Counted from the stretch's first letter, positions 17,389 through 28,682 are shown. The stretch: DNA of 32,000 nt from Candidatus Saccharimonadota bacterium (GCA_042852035.1 BAAFHK010000003.1:150001-182000); one strand, 5' to 3'. Notes: a model not told the origin generated them from the sequence alone. Numbers and translations: made by a program.

Positions 17389-20277
17389 TTATTGAGCAGA
17401 AGCTGTATAATCTTCAGTAGTACCAGTATTGTAAGTAATCTGGAGAACTTCACCAAGAAGATTAGTAGGATCTACGAAGTCTGAATCAACAAGGATCTCA
17501 TAAGAGTAAGTACCACCATTCTTAGAAAGAGTAGGGTAGCTTGCAAGAGTGAGGTTTGTTGCAGCACCAGGAACAGCACCAGTACTTGTAGAAGTAGAAG
17601 CTTCTGGACAAGTAGAAACGCTAGAACCTTCAGCGCGGAGACAGTAAATAGCCTTATATGAAGAGTTGTTATCTGCAACTGGTTTTACACGAGCCTTAAT
17701 AGCTTCGAGTTGAACAGTTGAATCAGAGTCAACGTTAGTTACCTTAACGAGGAAGACCTTAGCAGACTTCTTAGTAAGAGTAACAGTTGGAGGAACAACA
17801 CCAGTAACATAGTTAGTAGTATTTACTGAAGCAAGAGTAGTAGGAGCTCCTGAAGCAGAACCACCAGAAGACTTGTCTACAGTGTCAAGAGTAACACGAA
17901 GATCAACTGCCTTGTTGTGTTCAGCAGAAGAGAATGAAGTAGTAGTAGCAACTACCTTAAGGTTACGAGTTGTATCCTTAGTAACTTCAGCACTCATATT
18001 GTCGAAGACAATAGAACCTGTAGTAGTAACAGTAACTGTAGCAGAAACTTGAGAGTTAGTAGCAACATCAACGAGTTTTACATTGTTACCAGAAACGATT
18101 GTTGTCCAATCGCTTACACCACCACTTCCAGGAAGGACAGCGTTAGTAACAGTAAGCTTACGAAGAGTAAGGTTCTCAGCTTGAGCTTCTACTGCAAAGC
18201 GTCCGATTTCGAGATCAGCACTAGAGTAGATGCGGCGAGTTGAAGGAGGAGCAACAGTAGCATCCTTAAGGATTACTGTACCACTCTTCACAGTTACCTT
18301 ATCACCAGCTTGTGACTTAGTAACGCTAGAAGTAGCACCGTTAGAAACGTTTCGAAGTTCAGAAATAGAGAATGTAGTAGTATAGTCTACTGGAGTGTAA
18401 GCGTTAGACTTAAGATTTCCAACAACACGAACTGTTACAGGAACACCTGGCTCAACGCGGAATCGGTCTGCAGTAGCAGTCCAGTTCTTTGTAGAAGTAG
18501 TAGCTCCGGCTGTAGAGTTAGAAAGTTCGTAGTCTACACCATTGATGTAAACAGTAACCTTGTTATCAGAGAATGAAGAAAGTCCGCTTGCACTTGAGTG
18601 TGAAGCAACGATTTGAAGAGTATAGTTAGATACGTCGAATGTAGCATCAGAAGTGATAGTCGCCTTGTAGAGTTCTACGGCGCTTGCACCTGGAGCAACA
18701 GTAGCTGTACCAGTAGAAGTCTTCGTAATAGTAAGATCAACAGCATTAAGATCAAGATCTTTTTGAGTAGTACTTGAGTAACCAGATACCATCATAGCAT
18801 AACCTGTAGTCTTTTCAGTTGCTGAAACATCAAAAGATGAATCTACCTTAAATGAAGTCTTCGCTGGAGCACCAACGTAGATAATGTCAGCGCGGAGCTC
18901 AACAGAAGCTTGTTCTCCAGAGAGACGAGCAATGTTAAGACCAGTAACAGTAAGCTTATCAGTAGAAAGAGTAACTGTACCTACCTTAGCACCGTTGAAG
19001 TATGCTGAAACATTAGCAAACACCTTAGTGTAATCTTCACTACCAGTACCCTTAGTAAGAGTAAATGAGTTAATAACTGCATCTTTACCAGATGGAGTAA
19101 GCTTAACTGTATTGAAGAGTTGGTTAGACTTACCTGAAGTAACAGAAGCAGGAGTTCCACCAAATGAATCTACATTAACTGTACCAACTGTATAAGAAGT
19201 AGTGTTAAGAAGACCAAGAGTAACTGGAGCACCGGCAACAGTAGCACCATTAAGAGCAGTAACAGAAGTTACAGCAAATTGGTGTTGGTTGTTCTCAGCA
19301 CCAGAAAGGCTAACGAGAACATCTACAGAAGCAGAAGTACCAGCCTTCAGAACGAGGTTGTTAGTGAACTTAAGTGTAGCTGACTGAGATGAAGTACTCA
19401 TAGAGCGAGCATCAGAGAGAGCAACACCGTTCTGAGTAAGTTGAACTGATGAAATATCAGCAGCATTACCAAGACCAGAACGAGAAACAACGAGTGAAGA
19501 AACAGTTACATCAGCAGCACCAGCAGTAAGCTTAACAGATCCAACCTTAACGCTAGAAGCGTTCTTTGGAACGTATTGAGCCATAGCTGTACCGTCGAGA
19601 GCAACAGTAACAGATCCACCTGTAGAAGTAGTACCAGATGATGATGTACCTGTACCAGTACCACCATCAGTAGGTTCGTCTACAACAACATCGAGACCAG
19701 CACAGATAACTGCAACCTTAAATGCTTCACCACGAGATGATGATGCATTTGGGCGGAAGTAAGATGCATCAGAGATACATCCAATCTCGTTAGCGCGGTT
19801 AACGTATGATGCAAGATCACCAAGACCAGTAAGGTCCATGTAACCAGCGTCAACATCAGAACCGACTTCACCGAGAGCACCGAGGATCATTTTGACCATC
19901 TCAGCACGAGTTACATTCGCATTTGGGCGGAATGTAGCAGAAGAAGTAGATACAACTCCAGCGTCAGCAAGAGCTTCAACGTATCCACAGAGATCACCAA
20001 GACCAGAACCAACGTCTGAATATGTCGTACCAGAACAAGCAACAGGGTCGATACCACCGAGGTTCGCGACGACCTTTGCGATCTCAGCACGAGTGACGTT
20101 ATCACCGAGACGGTAACCAGCCTCACTAGACTGAGCTGTAATTACACCGTTGTCGGCGAGCGTTTCAGCGTAAGGGAGGAACTCAGAAGCAGCAGCAACA
20201 AGTGATGCACTTGTAGAAACCGCTACGAGAGTAGCTGCCCCCATAACTGAAGTGAGCTTCGTAAAGAAGTTACTCAT
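17389..20277 (-). CDS. SLH-domain cell-surface (S-layer-type) protein, 962 aa
   Basis: The signal peptide is MSNFFTKLTSVMGAATLVAVSTSASLVAAA. Three SLH-like repeats follow (...YRLGDNVTRAEIAKVV..., ...FRPNANVTRAEMVKMIL..., ...FRPNASSSRGEAFKVAV...). Next comes a G/T/S linker, then ~700 aa of T/S/V/A-rich beta-type sequence. The ORF is uninterrupted even under the standard code. Confidence 0.8.
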   Translation of the reverse strand: MSNFFTKLTSVMGAATLVAVSTSASLVAAASEFLPYAETLADNGVITAQSSEAGYRLGDNVTRAEIAKVVANLGGIDPVACSGTTYSDVGSGLGDLCGYVEALADAGVVSTSSATFRPNANVTRAEMVKMILGALGEVGSDVDAGYMDLTGLGDLASYVNRANEIGCISDASYFRPNASSSRGEAFKVAVICAGLDVVVDEPTDGGTGTGTSSSGTTSTGGSVTVALDGTAMAQYVPKNASSVKVGSVKLTAGAADVTVSSLVVSRSGLGNAADISSVQLTQNGVALSDARSMSTSSQSATLKFTNNLVLKAGTSASVDVLVSLSGAENNQHQFAVTSVTALNGATVAGAPVTLGLLNTTSYTVGTVNVDSFGGTPASVTSGKSNQLFNTVKLTPSGKDAVINSFTLTKGTGSEDYTKVFANVSAYFNGAKVGTVTLSTDKLTVTGLNIARLSGEQASVELRADIIYVGAPAKTSFKVDSSFDVSATEKTTGYAMMVSGYSSTTQKDLDLNAVDLTITKTSTGTATVAPGASAVELYKATITSDATFDVSNYTLQIVASHSSASGLSSFSDNKVTVYINGVDYELSNSTAGATTSTKNWTATADRFRVEPGVPVTVRVVGNLKSNAYTPVDYTTTFSISELRNVSNGATSSVTKSQAGDKVTVKSGTVILKDATVAPPSTRRIYSSADLEIGRFAVEAQAENLTLRKLTVTNAVLPGSGGVSDWTTIVSGNNVKLVDVATNSQVSATVTVTTTGSIVFDNMSAEVTKDTTRNLKVVATTTSFSSAEHNKAVDLRVTLDTVDKSSGGSASGAPTTLASVNTTNYVTGVVPPTVTLTKKSAKVFLVKVTNVDSDSTVQLEAIKARVKPVADNNSSYKAIYCLRAEGSSVSTCPEASTSTSTGAVPGAATNLTLASYPTLSKNGGTYSYEILVDSDFVDPTNLLGEVLQITYNTGTTEDYTASAQ

Positions 20278-20585
20278 AATAAGATATGGGTAAAAAAGTA
20301 AAAAGCGGTAAAACCGCGTATGTAAAAGGGTTGATAACTCTGGTCAGGAGCTATCGATTTGGAACTCTTGGTCAGAGAGATTCCGCCTTTCCCAAGACGA
20401 AGTCAAGAGAGAGGTTAAAGCTTTAACCTCAAGTTATTTGCATAACGAGAGGAAAAGAAAGAAATTTTTGTAGTCTAAATATCCGTCTTTTCCTCTCCTC
20501 ATACAAGAAACATTGAGTGACCAAAAGATATGAAACAAACAAGATGTTAAAGAACATCGGCGATGAAAATCGCAAATTACGCGCT

Positions 20586-20614
20586 CATAATATGAATAGT
20601 GAGCTCTAAAGTCA
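20586..20614 (-). promoter_or_regulatory. sigma70-like promoter candidate on the minus strand: TTGACT, 17-nt spacer, TATTAT
   Basis: The reverse complement of 20609-20614 is ttgact and of 20586-20591 is tattat. This would give a ~300-nt leader for the S-layer gene. Confidence 0.3.
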
Positions 20615-20854
20615 AATAAAAGTAGGTTCTCTTCACCTTATTTTCACTGCGGAAAATCACAAGCCTAGAAGAGCGCAAATAATCAAGTCATGAGTTTTCT
20701 TTTCTGGGAAAGAGCTAGAAAGGAAATTCAGAAAAAATAGTTCCATTTTCCCAAAAAAAACCTACAATACACATACCATCGACAAAACAACTACATAAAA
20801 CATGCGAGAAGAGAAATGTCGATGTGCTAATTACATTATCATCAAACTCATAAT

Positions 20855-22369
20855 ATGCCAATCCCTGCTCTGCTTACCCTCATCGTATGATGAGTTTTTG
20901 GTGCTGGTCTTATGTATTTCATTTCTTTGAAAAAAAAGGATGCTGTTGCTGGTAAAATCATAAAAGAAGCTGAAGATAAGGCGAAAGAAATAACAAACGC
21001 CGCCTACGAATCAAAAGAACAAACGAAAAAAGAAATTGAAGAAGCAAAAAATGATCTCAAAAGTCGAAGAGACAGTATTACTGAAAGCGAGGAAAGACTC
21101 CTCGAAAAAGAAAAAAGACTCGATGCAAAATTTGAGGAAATTGATGCAAAAAGAGTTGCACTCGTAGATAAAGAACGCTCACTTGAAGATAAAATTCAAA
21201 AGGCGGATGAAAAATCACGAGAACTTGCAGGAAAACTTGAAGAAATGGCAAAACTTTCTCAAGATGAAGCAAAAAATCTCTTACTCCAATATACTGAGGA
21301 AAGATATGAGAAAGATATACTTACTCTTATAGAAAAAAAGAAAAAAGAACTCAAAAGTCGAGAACTTGATGCTGCTCGAGAAATTCTCATTAAAAGTATC
21401 CAGCAATATGCATGAGAAGTTACAGGAGAAACAACCCAAACTCTCGTTACCCTTGAAAGTGATGATGTAAAGGGGAAACTTATTGGAAAAGAAGGTCGCA
21501 ATATTATTGCGTTCGAGAAGGCAACCTGAGTATCCCTCATCATCGATGATGCCCCAGATACGGTCTTTCTTTCGAGTTTCGACCTCTTCCGCAGATATAT
21601 CGCGAAAAAGTCACTCGAAGATCTCATCGAGGATAAACGAATCCAACCAGCAAGAATTGAGGAAATCGTGGAAAAAAATCAACAAGATGCTGACCGGCTT
21701 ATTACTGATCTTGGCCGAAAAACGGTCGAGGAAATGTGAATCATTGGCATTCCTGATGAAATACTCCCGCTTATAGGAAAATTTCGATTCCGAACAAGTT
21801 ATGGACAAAATATTCTCATGCACTCAAAGGAAGTTGCCTACATTGCAGAGGCTATAGCAAAACTTATAGGTGCAGATGCTACTCTTGCACTCAAAGGATG
21901 ACTCCTCCATGATCTCGGGAAAGCAATGGATCACGATATCGAAGGAACTCATCCCGAAATTGGTGGTCGCATCGCAAGAAAATATGGTCTTGATGAGAAA
22001 ACTATCAATATTATCGAGGGCCATCATGATGATGTTCCGCAGATATGTATTGAGACAAAGATTGTGCAAATCGCTGATGCTATTTCTGCAGTGAGACCAG
22101 GGGCACGAAGAATGAATGTTGAAGACTATATCAAGCGCATTCAAGAAATGGAAAACATTGCCATGAGCTTCCCTGGCGTTGCCAAGGCTTATGCCCTCTC
22201 TGCTGGAAGAGAAATACGAGTGTTTGTCGATGCCGATACCGTTTCTGATCTTTCCGCTGAAAAACTCGCACAAGAAGTAGCGGGACAAATCGAAGCCAAC
22301 TGCAACTATCCTGGTGAGATTAAAGTTATTATTTTCCGAGAAAAAAGGATCGTTGAATATGCAAAGTAG
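20855..22369 (+). CDS. rny: ribonuclease Y (N-terminal TM, coiled coil, KH and HD domains)
   Basis: 504 aa. The product reads [23 protein letters not shown], then a K/E-rich coil, the KH motif [16 protein letters not shown], the HD motif KGG(TGA)LLHDLGKA...H..IG and IIEGHHDD. It is rebuilt from 3 same-frame fragments. Confidence 0.9.
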
Positions 22370-22435
22370 TTTTGGTTTAAAAATTAATATCAAATTAAGT
22401 TTTTTACGTAGAATTATTTTACTTCAAATTTCCGT

Positions 22436-23257
22436 ATGTTTCCCACGATAAACATATTCTCGATACAAATATATACCTTTGGCTTTATCATTGCCATAAC
22501 ATGGCTTCTTTTTATATGGCTCCTTCATAGATTTTCACAAAAAAAGTGAATTATTCGGCCAGTTTTTGGAGATATCGCTACTTTTACTATTTCTCTGTTA
22601 TTCTTTGGTCGAATCTTTCACATACTTGCTGATTGGGTAAATGAAAAGTTTATATTTTGATACCTATTTCAGGGAGATTTTATCGAATTTTTTCGACAGT
22701 TTTTTACCCCTCCAGACTATCTTTTTTCACTGTTCGGTGGAATATTTGGGTTTATGCTCGTCTTTTACATCAAAACCCGTCACCAAATTGAAACCCGCCC
22801 GAAGTATCTCGAATCGATTGTTTATGCATTTCTTTGAGCGAGTATACTTTGATACTTTTGAACCCTTTTATGAGGCCAAATATACGGGATTCCTTTTGAT
22901 TCGTTTATATCAATCTCATACACACATCCTGATTCAATTGTGAAAGATAGTGTTCCCCTGTTTCCTTTGCCACTCTTTTACATATTTTTTATTATAGTCA
23001 TTCTATTCGGTCTGCGTCATATATCGAAGAGGCACCATCTCCCTGATGGATTTATTGGATATGTTTGAGTCGGTTTCTTTTCCCTTATTGTTTTTTTCTG
23101 AGAATTCCTTAGCGGAACAAGGGATGATATATTTTACGACTTAGTTATTCGCCTTACACACTGATACTTTTGACTCAGTCTGAACCAAATAGGGTCGCTT
23201 ATAGGTATAACTTTAAGCATGCTATGAATTCTGAGAATTACAGAAAAGGATTTATAA
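22436..23257 (+). CDS. lgt: prolipoprotein diacylglyceryl transferase-like membrane protein
   Basis: The 273-aa polytopic protein is collinear with Lgt blocks: GRIFHILADW, FSLFGGIFGFMLVFYIKTR, LGASILGYFGTLLGGQIYG and PDGFIGYVGVGFFSLIVFFGEFL. The track ORF 22641..22943 lies in a different, non-coding frame. Confidence 0.7.
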
Positions 23258-24780
23258 AGAATCCTAGAAAAATATTCTTATCAGGAGTGGTTCTTTTTAT
23301 GGCTTGAGATATACTATGAATTCTCCATGAGAGCTTTATTTTGTGGGGACTCATTGTAGTATGAGTCATCTTGATATTCTTCTGGGAATGAAAAAGGGGA
23401 TTCATTATATCCCTTTTTTTAGTGGCAATCTTGGCTATTTGATATTTTCTTTGAGGTGCTTCATATGAAAACAGATACAAGGATTACAGGGGGATTTTCG
23501 ATAAGACAAACGGATTTACGTATCAATGATCCATAGAAGGTACAATTATAAAAATCCTTTACAGAAAGGAAAGATCTGTGATATACTTACTAAACTTCGA
23601 CAACTTCGACAACTTCGACAACTTCGACAAAAATTATAAAAGGCCTTTTCCAGAGGGAAAAATGAGTATAAACGTATGATGACGATGAGATACGATATTT
23701 ATCGAAGTCCCTTCGAATTTATCAATATACCCATGAGATAGAATAGTATTTCATTGAAGAATCCAAGCGCTTCTAACATTCCCTCTCGTTGGATATCACA
23801 AGTATGCCTTCTTCCACGGATGATATGGATATGCTTTTGTGCCTCAATTTGAGGTTATTAAAAAAGCTCAACCATCGGTATTTACAAGATTTCAAAATAA
23901 GTGGGAACATCTCTTTAAAAAGTCATTTCCCAGAGAGGTTTCCGGAATTGCCCTTGGTATGACCATAGGATCAACGAAACACCTTACAGAAGAGGTAAAA
24001 GATAGTTTTCTCCTCAGTGGGATTACTCACATTCTTGTAGTGAGCTGATCAAATATAGCCTTTCTCATACTCGTCATAACTGTATTAACAAGATACCTTT
24101 ATTTTCCAAATTGGTTGAACTCAACAGTAATAGTATCTTGCATAGTATTGTATGTCTGTATTGTTGGTTGAGAAATTCCCGTTCTTCGAGCAACAATGAT
24201 GGGAATTCTTTGATACCTTATTGCAAGTTCATGATTAAAAACATCTGGAAGAGCCCTTTTCTGATTGGTTCTACTGATATTAACGGTTATTGAACCACTT
24301 TCACCACTCTATGATGCCGGATATTGACTCTCTTTTGGAGCAACCCTAGGAATAATTGTATTTCAGGGGCAGGCGAAAAACTTTCTTAAAAAATATCACA
24401 TTCCCGAAAGTATTACGGTTGGTATTTCTCTCACTATTGGTGCAACACTCGGTTCAATTCCTATACTTCTCTACCACTTTTGAACCCTTCCTGTATACAG
24501 TCTTATTACCAATATCATTATTTCTTGACTGCTTTGATGGATTCTTTTATCAAGTACGATTTTTTGAAGTATTGCACTCATATGATTCCCCTATTTAAAA
24601 TACCTTTGAATTTTAGTATATATTCCAATAAAGATTATTATTTATATCGCCTGAATTTTTAGCACCTGACCAATACTCACTTTGCAATGAGAATATGCAC
24701 ATATAGCATCTCTTTTTATTCTTTGAGCTATAGTATATTATTTCTTATTTGAGGAAGAATGAAGCTTATATTCAGAATAG
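23224..24780 (+). CDS. comEC: DNA internalisation channel ComEC/Rec2, short form (N-terminal TM + OB-like DUF4131-type region + Competence domain, no metallo-beta-lactamase domain)
   Basis: 518 aa. The product reads MNSENYRKGFIKNPRKIFLSGVVLFMAG..., ...IYPGDRIVFHGRIQAL...YHKYAFFHGGYGYAF... and ...ALGMTIGSTKHLTEEVKDSFLLSGITHILVVSG(TGA)SNIAFL..., which is the Competence-domain core, followed by multiple TM helices. It overlaps the lgt 3' end by 34 nt. Confidence 0.8.
23593..23628 (+). repeat. perfect 9-bp tandem repeat aacttcgac x4, in frame inside comEC (encodes NFD x4)
   Basis: The repeat was read directly from the sequence. It lies in frame 1 of comEC between LYRKERSVIYLL and KNYKRPFPEG. Confidence 0.9.
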
Positions 24781-25494
24781 ATCCCGTTCTTGTATTTCTT
24801 TTGTTTCTCGAAGATCATTATCTTGATGTAAAAGGCTCGAATCAAGAGAGGTTCGTATTTGGGAAAGGATAAATTCACTATAGGACCTTGCTCGGTCTGG
24901 GGAGAGGATAATATTCTTCTCAGTAAAAAAGAATGCAAATATCTTTGCAAGACTCTTTACAGCTATCTCACTATTTGGTGAATGGGAAATAAGATAGGAT
25001 AACTTCTGAAGAAGAACCACAGAAGCATCTGGCTGTATAATAAACTGTTCTCCTGTCGTGAGCCAAACGGTAACCCAATCCCTGAGTGGTGTATGAATAG
25101 AGTCGCTAAATGGTGTTGGTTCTTCTGAGCGAGTTAATGAGAGAATATAGGATTTATACTGATTCTGTTCTGTCTTTTCTAAGAGGTAGTAGGAAGCCTC
25201 TGGGTATATAAGAGCTATGAGAAAAAGAAGAAATCTTGATGGAAAATTTTCTTTAAGAAGAATTGTTATATCTGGTACAATTTCAGAATAGAGTGGATTC
25301 TGAATAAATTTGGAAAGTATTCGAAAGAGGTCCTCATTGTCATTTTTTGCCTTTTTCTCATCTTTTTGAACTTTTTGAAGCTGTGCTTGAGCGCGACGAG
25401 ATGACTCCCTTTGTTGTTCTGATTTTTCAGAGGGGGCTTCCTGAGATGTAATCCCTCCATCACCTGATTCGAGGGAAATTTCATCGAGTGACAT
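24766..25494 (-). CDS. hypothetical protein with an acidic/basic disordered N-terminus
   Basis: 242 aa. The standard-code ORF 24772..25494 is extended by 2 codons through a terminal TGA to the TAA at 24766-24768. It starts 10 nt after the glyA stop and its 3' end overlaps the comEC 3' end convergently by 15 nt. No family recognised. Confidence 0.55.
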
Positions 25495-25503
25495 AAAAAA
25501 ATA

Positions 25504-26739
25504 TTATGGAAGTGGGTAATGCTCACAAAGCTTTTTCACCTCGCTCTTTAAGTCAGAGAGAGCTGCTTCATCTTGGTGGTTCTTTAGGGCTTTTATTATA
25601 ATTTCTGCAACCTGCCTAGCAGCTACCTCCTTCATTCATCTTGTTGTTATTGCTGGGGTTCAAAGTCGTATTCATGATGGATCAAGGGGTTTTCTGGTAT
25701 CATACGGTATCATATTTTTATTACAAGAAATACCCACCTTCTCGAGGGCTATTTCTGCCTCTTTCCCAGAGATACCAAGCGATCCAAATACGTCCAAAAG
25801 AATTATATGATTTTCAGTGCCTCAAGATATGACTCTTAAGCCATTTTGCATGAATTTGTCTGACATGGCAATTGAATTGTCAATAACCTGTTTTGCATAT
25901 TCAGAAAAGGATGGTTCAAGAGCTTCTCAAAAAGCTATTGCTTTGGCGAGGGTTGTATGATCATGTGGACCTCACTGAACACCTGGAAATACTGCTTTTG
26001 CAATAAGTGGTCCGAATTTTTCCTTCGACATAATAATAGCTCCTCTGGGTCATCGAAGTGTTTTGTGAGTCGTTGTAGTCACAATATCACAATATGGAAC
26101 TGGATTCTCAATTGCCTTTCAGGCAATAAGTCATGCTATATGAGCAATATCAGCCATAAGTATGGCTCATGTCTCATCAGCTATATCACGGAATCTTTTC
26201 CAATCTAGGGACCGAGAATACGCTGAAAAACCTGCTAAAATAAGCTTTGGTTTATGTTCTTTTGCAAGCCTCTCAACTTCATCCATATCTATACGCTCCG
26301 TTTCTTTATCAAGTACGTATGGAACAATTCTATACGTCTTTCCAGAAAAATTCAGTGGATGACCGTGAGTTAGGTGTCATCCTTGATCAAGGGAAAGACC
26401 AAGTATAGTATCCCCAGGTTGTAAAACAGCCAAAAATACAGCAAGATTTGCCGGTGAACCAGAAAGAGGTTGAACATTTACATATTCTGCACCAAATAAT
26501 TTTTTAGCACGTTCTATAGCAAGATTCTCCACTTTATCAACAAATTCTTGTCATGCATAGTATCGTTTTCCAGGATATCATTCGGAATACTTATTCGTAA
26601 ATATTGAACCATTTGCCTCACGAACGGCCGGTGATACATAATTTTCACTTGCTATGAGCTCAAGCTCATACATCTGACGGGATTCTTCATCTTTGAGTAT
26701 CTCATATGCGAGAGGATCTTGATTTTGTATATATGACAT
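25504..26739 (-). CDS. glyA: serine hydroxymethyltransferase
   Basis: 411 aa. The product reads [28 protein letters not shown](TGA)[21 protein letters not shown](TGA)[16 protein letters not shown](TGA)PRG, FPGVQGG(TGA)P and IRLGTPAITTRG. Confidence 0.9.
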
Positions 26740-26829
26740 AGTAGGTAAATTAAAAAATAATACATAATACGTATCAATCTAATCAAGAAGAGTATTTGGA
26801 TTATAAAGAAAATACATAAATGAAATATC

Positions 26830-28152
26830 TTATTTTATAAAATCTTTTGTTTTTGCTTCGTCTATTACACTCTGAACTGATGATCAACTTAACGACAAGA
26901 GTCCTATAATTTCTTTTGCTGCTGAAAGTTGGCGGTCATTTTTTTCTATATAGTCTGTCTCAAAAATTGGAACCGTAACATCCGGAGTAATTCCATTTTT
27001 ATCAATATTTTGATCTTTTGGAGTATACCATCTTCCAATAGTAATCTTGAGAATACTTCAATCATCCAGAATAAATGGTTCTTGTACTGATCATTTTCCA
27101 TACGACTTCTCTCAGAGAATTATGGCCCGTCAGTAATCTTGGAATGCTCAAGCAACTATCTCTGTTGCTGATGCAGATAAACTATTTATAAGCATCACAA
27201 CTGGAAGATCTTCTCTAAAGAGCTTTGGTGTTTTGTGGGTTTTAAGTTCTTCTGTTTGTTTTGGATTATTTTGTCTTGTACGTACAACAAGAGTATTTTC
27301 CTTGAAAAAGTAAGAAAGAAGATCGACAGCTGTATCAAGATAGCCTCCCCCATTACCTCGAAAATCGAGTATTAAACTCGTAGCTCAAGACTTACTAAGA
27401 TTTATAAGCTCATTAGTAAATTCATTTGTAGTATTGTCACCAAAAAATAAAACCTCAACATAACCGATTGTCGATCATGAAAGAATTTTTCACTCAACAG
27501 ATGGTATCATAATAGTTCCTCTAGTAATCTCGACCGTCTTAACCTCATTAAGTCAGTGAAGGTATTCTATAAGGACCTTAGATCATTTTGGTCATCGAAT
27601 TTTTTTTACAGCTTCTTCAGTACTCACTCCCACCATAGATTCATTACCAACCTTTAAAATAATATCCCCATCCTGAAGTCAGGACTTTTTAGCAGGGGAA
27701 GTATCAAAAACCTTTCGAATAACAATACCTTTTGTATGTCGATCAATAACCGCACCAATTCATTCAAAATCTCAACGCAGAACCTCTTTAAATTCTTGTG
27801 CATCTTTTTGGTTAAAATACGTACTGTGTTTATCTCAAAGTGACTGTACAATACTTTCAAGTACTCCATCCTCTATTTCTTTTTTTGACTTTTGATTAAA
27901 CTGATAGTATTCTCGCTTTATTATACTTTTTGCTTGTTCGATTTTTGATGAATTAAAAACATCGACTCAAACTACATCTTCTCAAGAAAGGAATGATTCA
28001 CTATTTTTAAAAGCATCTCAATAGAAGAAATGTGAAAATCAGAGTTTAAAACTTAGTGTATCTACTCAAAAAATATTGAGAGTTTCTGTTAAAAAAACAA
28101 AAAATCAGGTTGTAGCAAGAATGAAAACTAAAATATTTCTCAATAATTTCAT
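26830..28152 (-). CDS. S41 family C-terminal processing peptidase (N-terminal TM, PDZ, catalytic domain)
   Basis: 440 aa. The PDZ-like block is SPAKKSG(TGA)LQDGDIILKVG. The catalytic motifs are LILDFRGNGGGYL and INSLSASATEIVAG(TGA)AFQDYG, followed by GEKSYGKGSVQ. Confidence 0.85.
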
Positions 28153-28449
28153 AAAAAAAATCAAAAGTTGTTTTAACGAATGAAGTTTAAAGAAATGCTA
28201 TAAAAAGACAAATCAATATATTTTTCTTTTTTACATAAAAATAATTGTGAAAAAAAGAAAAATAGTGGCTTTATTAAGAGATTTTTTTGTATTATATTTC
28301 TATAAAATGTAAAAAACTTAATTTTTATTTTATGAACTTTTCGAAATTCTGATTCTCACAAAAAGAAATAATACTATCTAATAAATAAATACTTTTAATT
28401 ATCTATTTTAAAGATTTGTAAAAAAACAAAAAAAATATACAATTTTCGC

Positions 28450-28680
28450 ATGATTGATACCTCGATTTTTCAATCCCGAAAAGAAAAAGAACTCTTTCTA
28501 AAAGAAGTTATTGGAAAACTTTCTATATCAGAAACGGAAAAAGAAATATACTCGATTTCATTAGAAATCCTTGAAGATAATGATTTTATGGTATTTTTTG
28601 AGAAGATTATTTCTCAAATTGAAAATGAAGCGAATTTGTGAAAAAATAGAATCGCCCCACTTACGTCAACCCTTTTGTAA
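28450..28680 (+). CDS. small hypothetical protein (76 aa)
   Basis: ATG 28450 to TAA 28678-28680 through one TGA. The stop lies 2 nt before the next start. No family recognised, and the short length lowers confidence. Confidence 0.4.
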
Positions 28681-28682
28681 TT

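Noticed and set aside
17389-20277. The higher GC content and absence of TGA in the S-layer gene as evidence of horizontal transfer from a standard-code organism.
   Set aside because: The composition is explained by the Ala/Gly/Thr/Ser/Val-rich protein. Third positions still favour A/T as in neighbouring genes. rpmE also lacks TGA, so expression-linked codon avoidance is the simpler explanation, though transfer is not formally excluded.
21824-22393. 189-aa minus-strand ORF, plus 21259..21627 and 21611..21823 on the minus strand.
   Set aside because: They are antisense to the KH/HD region of rny, which has unmistakable family motifs on the plus strand. The antisense products have no recognisable features.
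22641-22943. 100-aa plus-strand ORF inside the lgt region. Similar cases are 1248..1475, 1688..1924 and 1945..2145.
   Set aside because: These lie in frames other than the long TAA/TAG-free, family-supported frames (lgt, the 571-1716 gene, and era on the opposite strand). They are chance standard-code ORFs.
23593-23628. The 9-bp x4 tandem repeat as a CRISPR-like or intergenic microsatellite.
   Set aside because: The units are contiguous with no spacers, and they are in frame within the comEC coding sequence.
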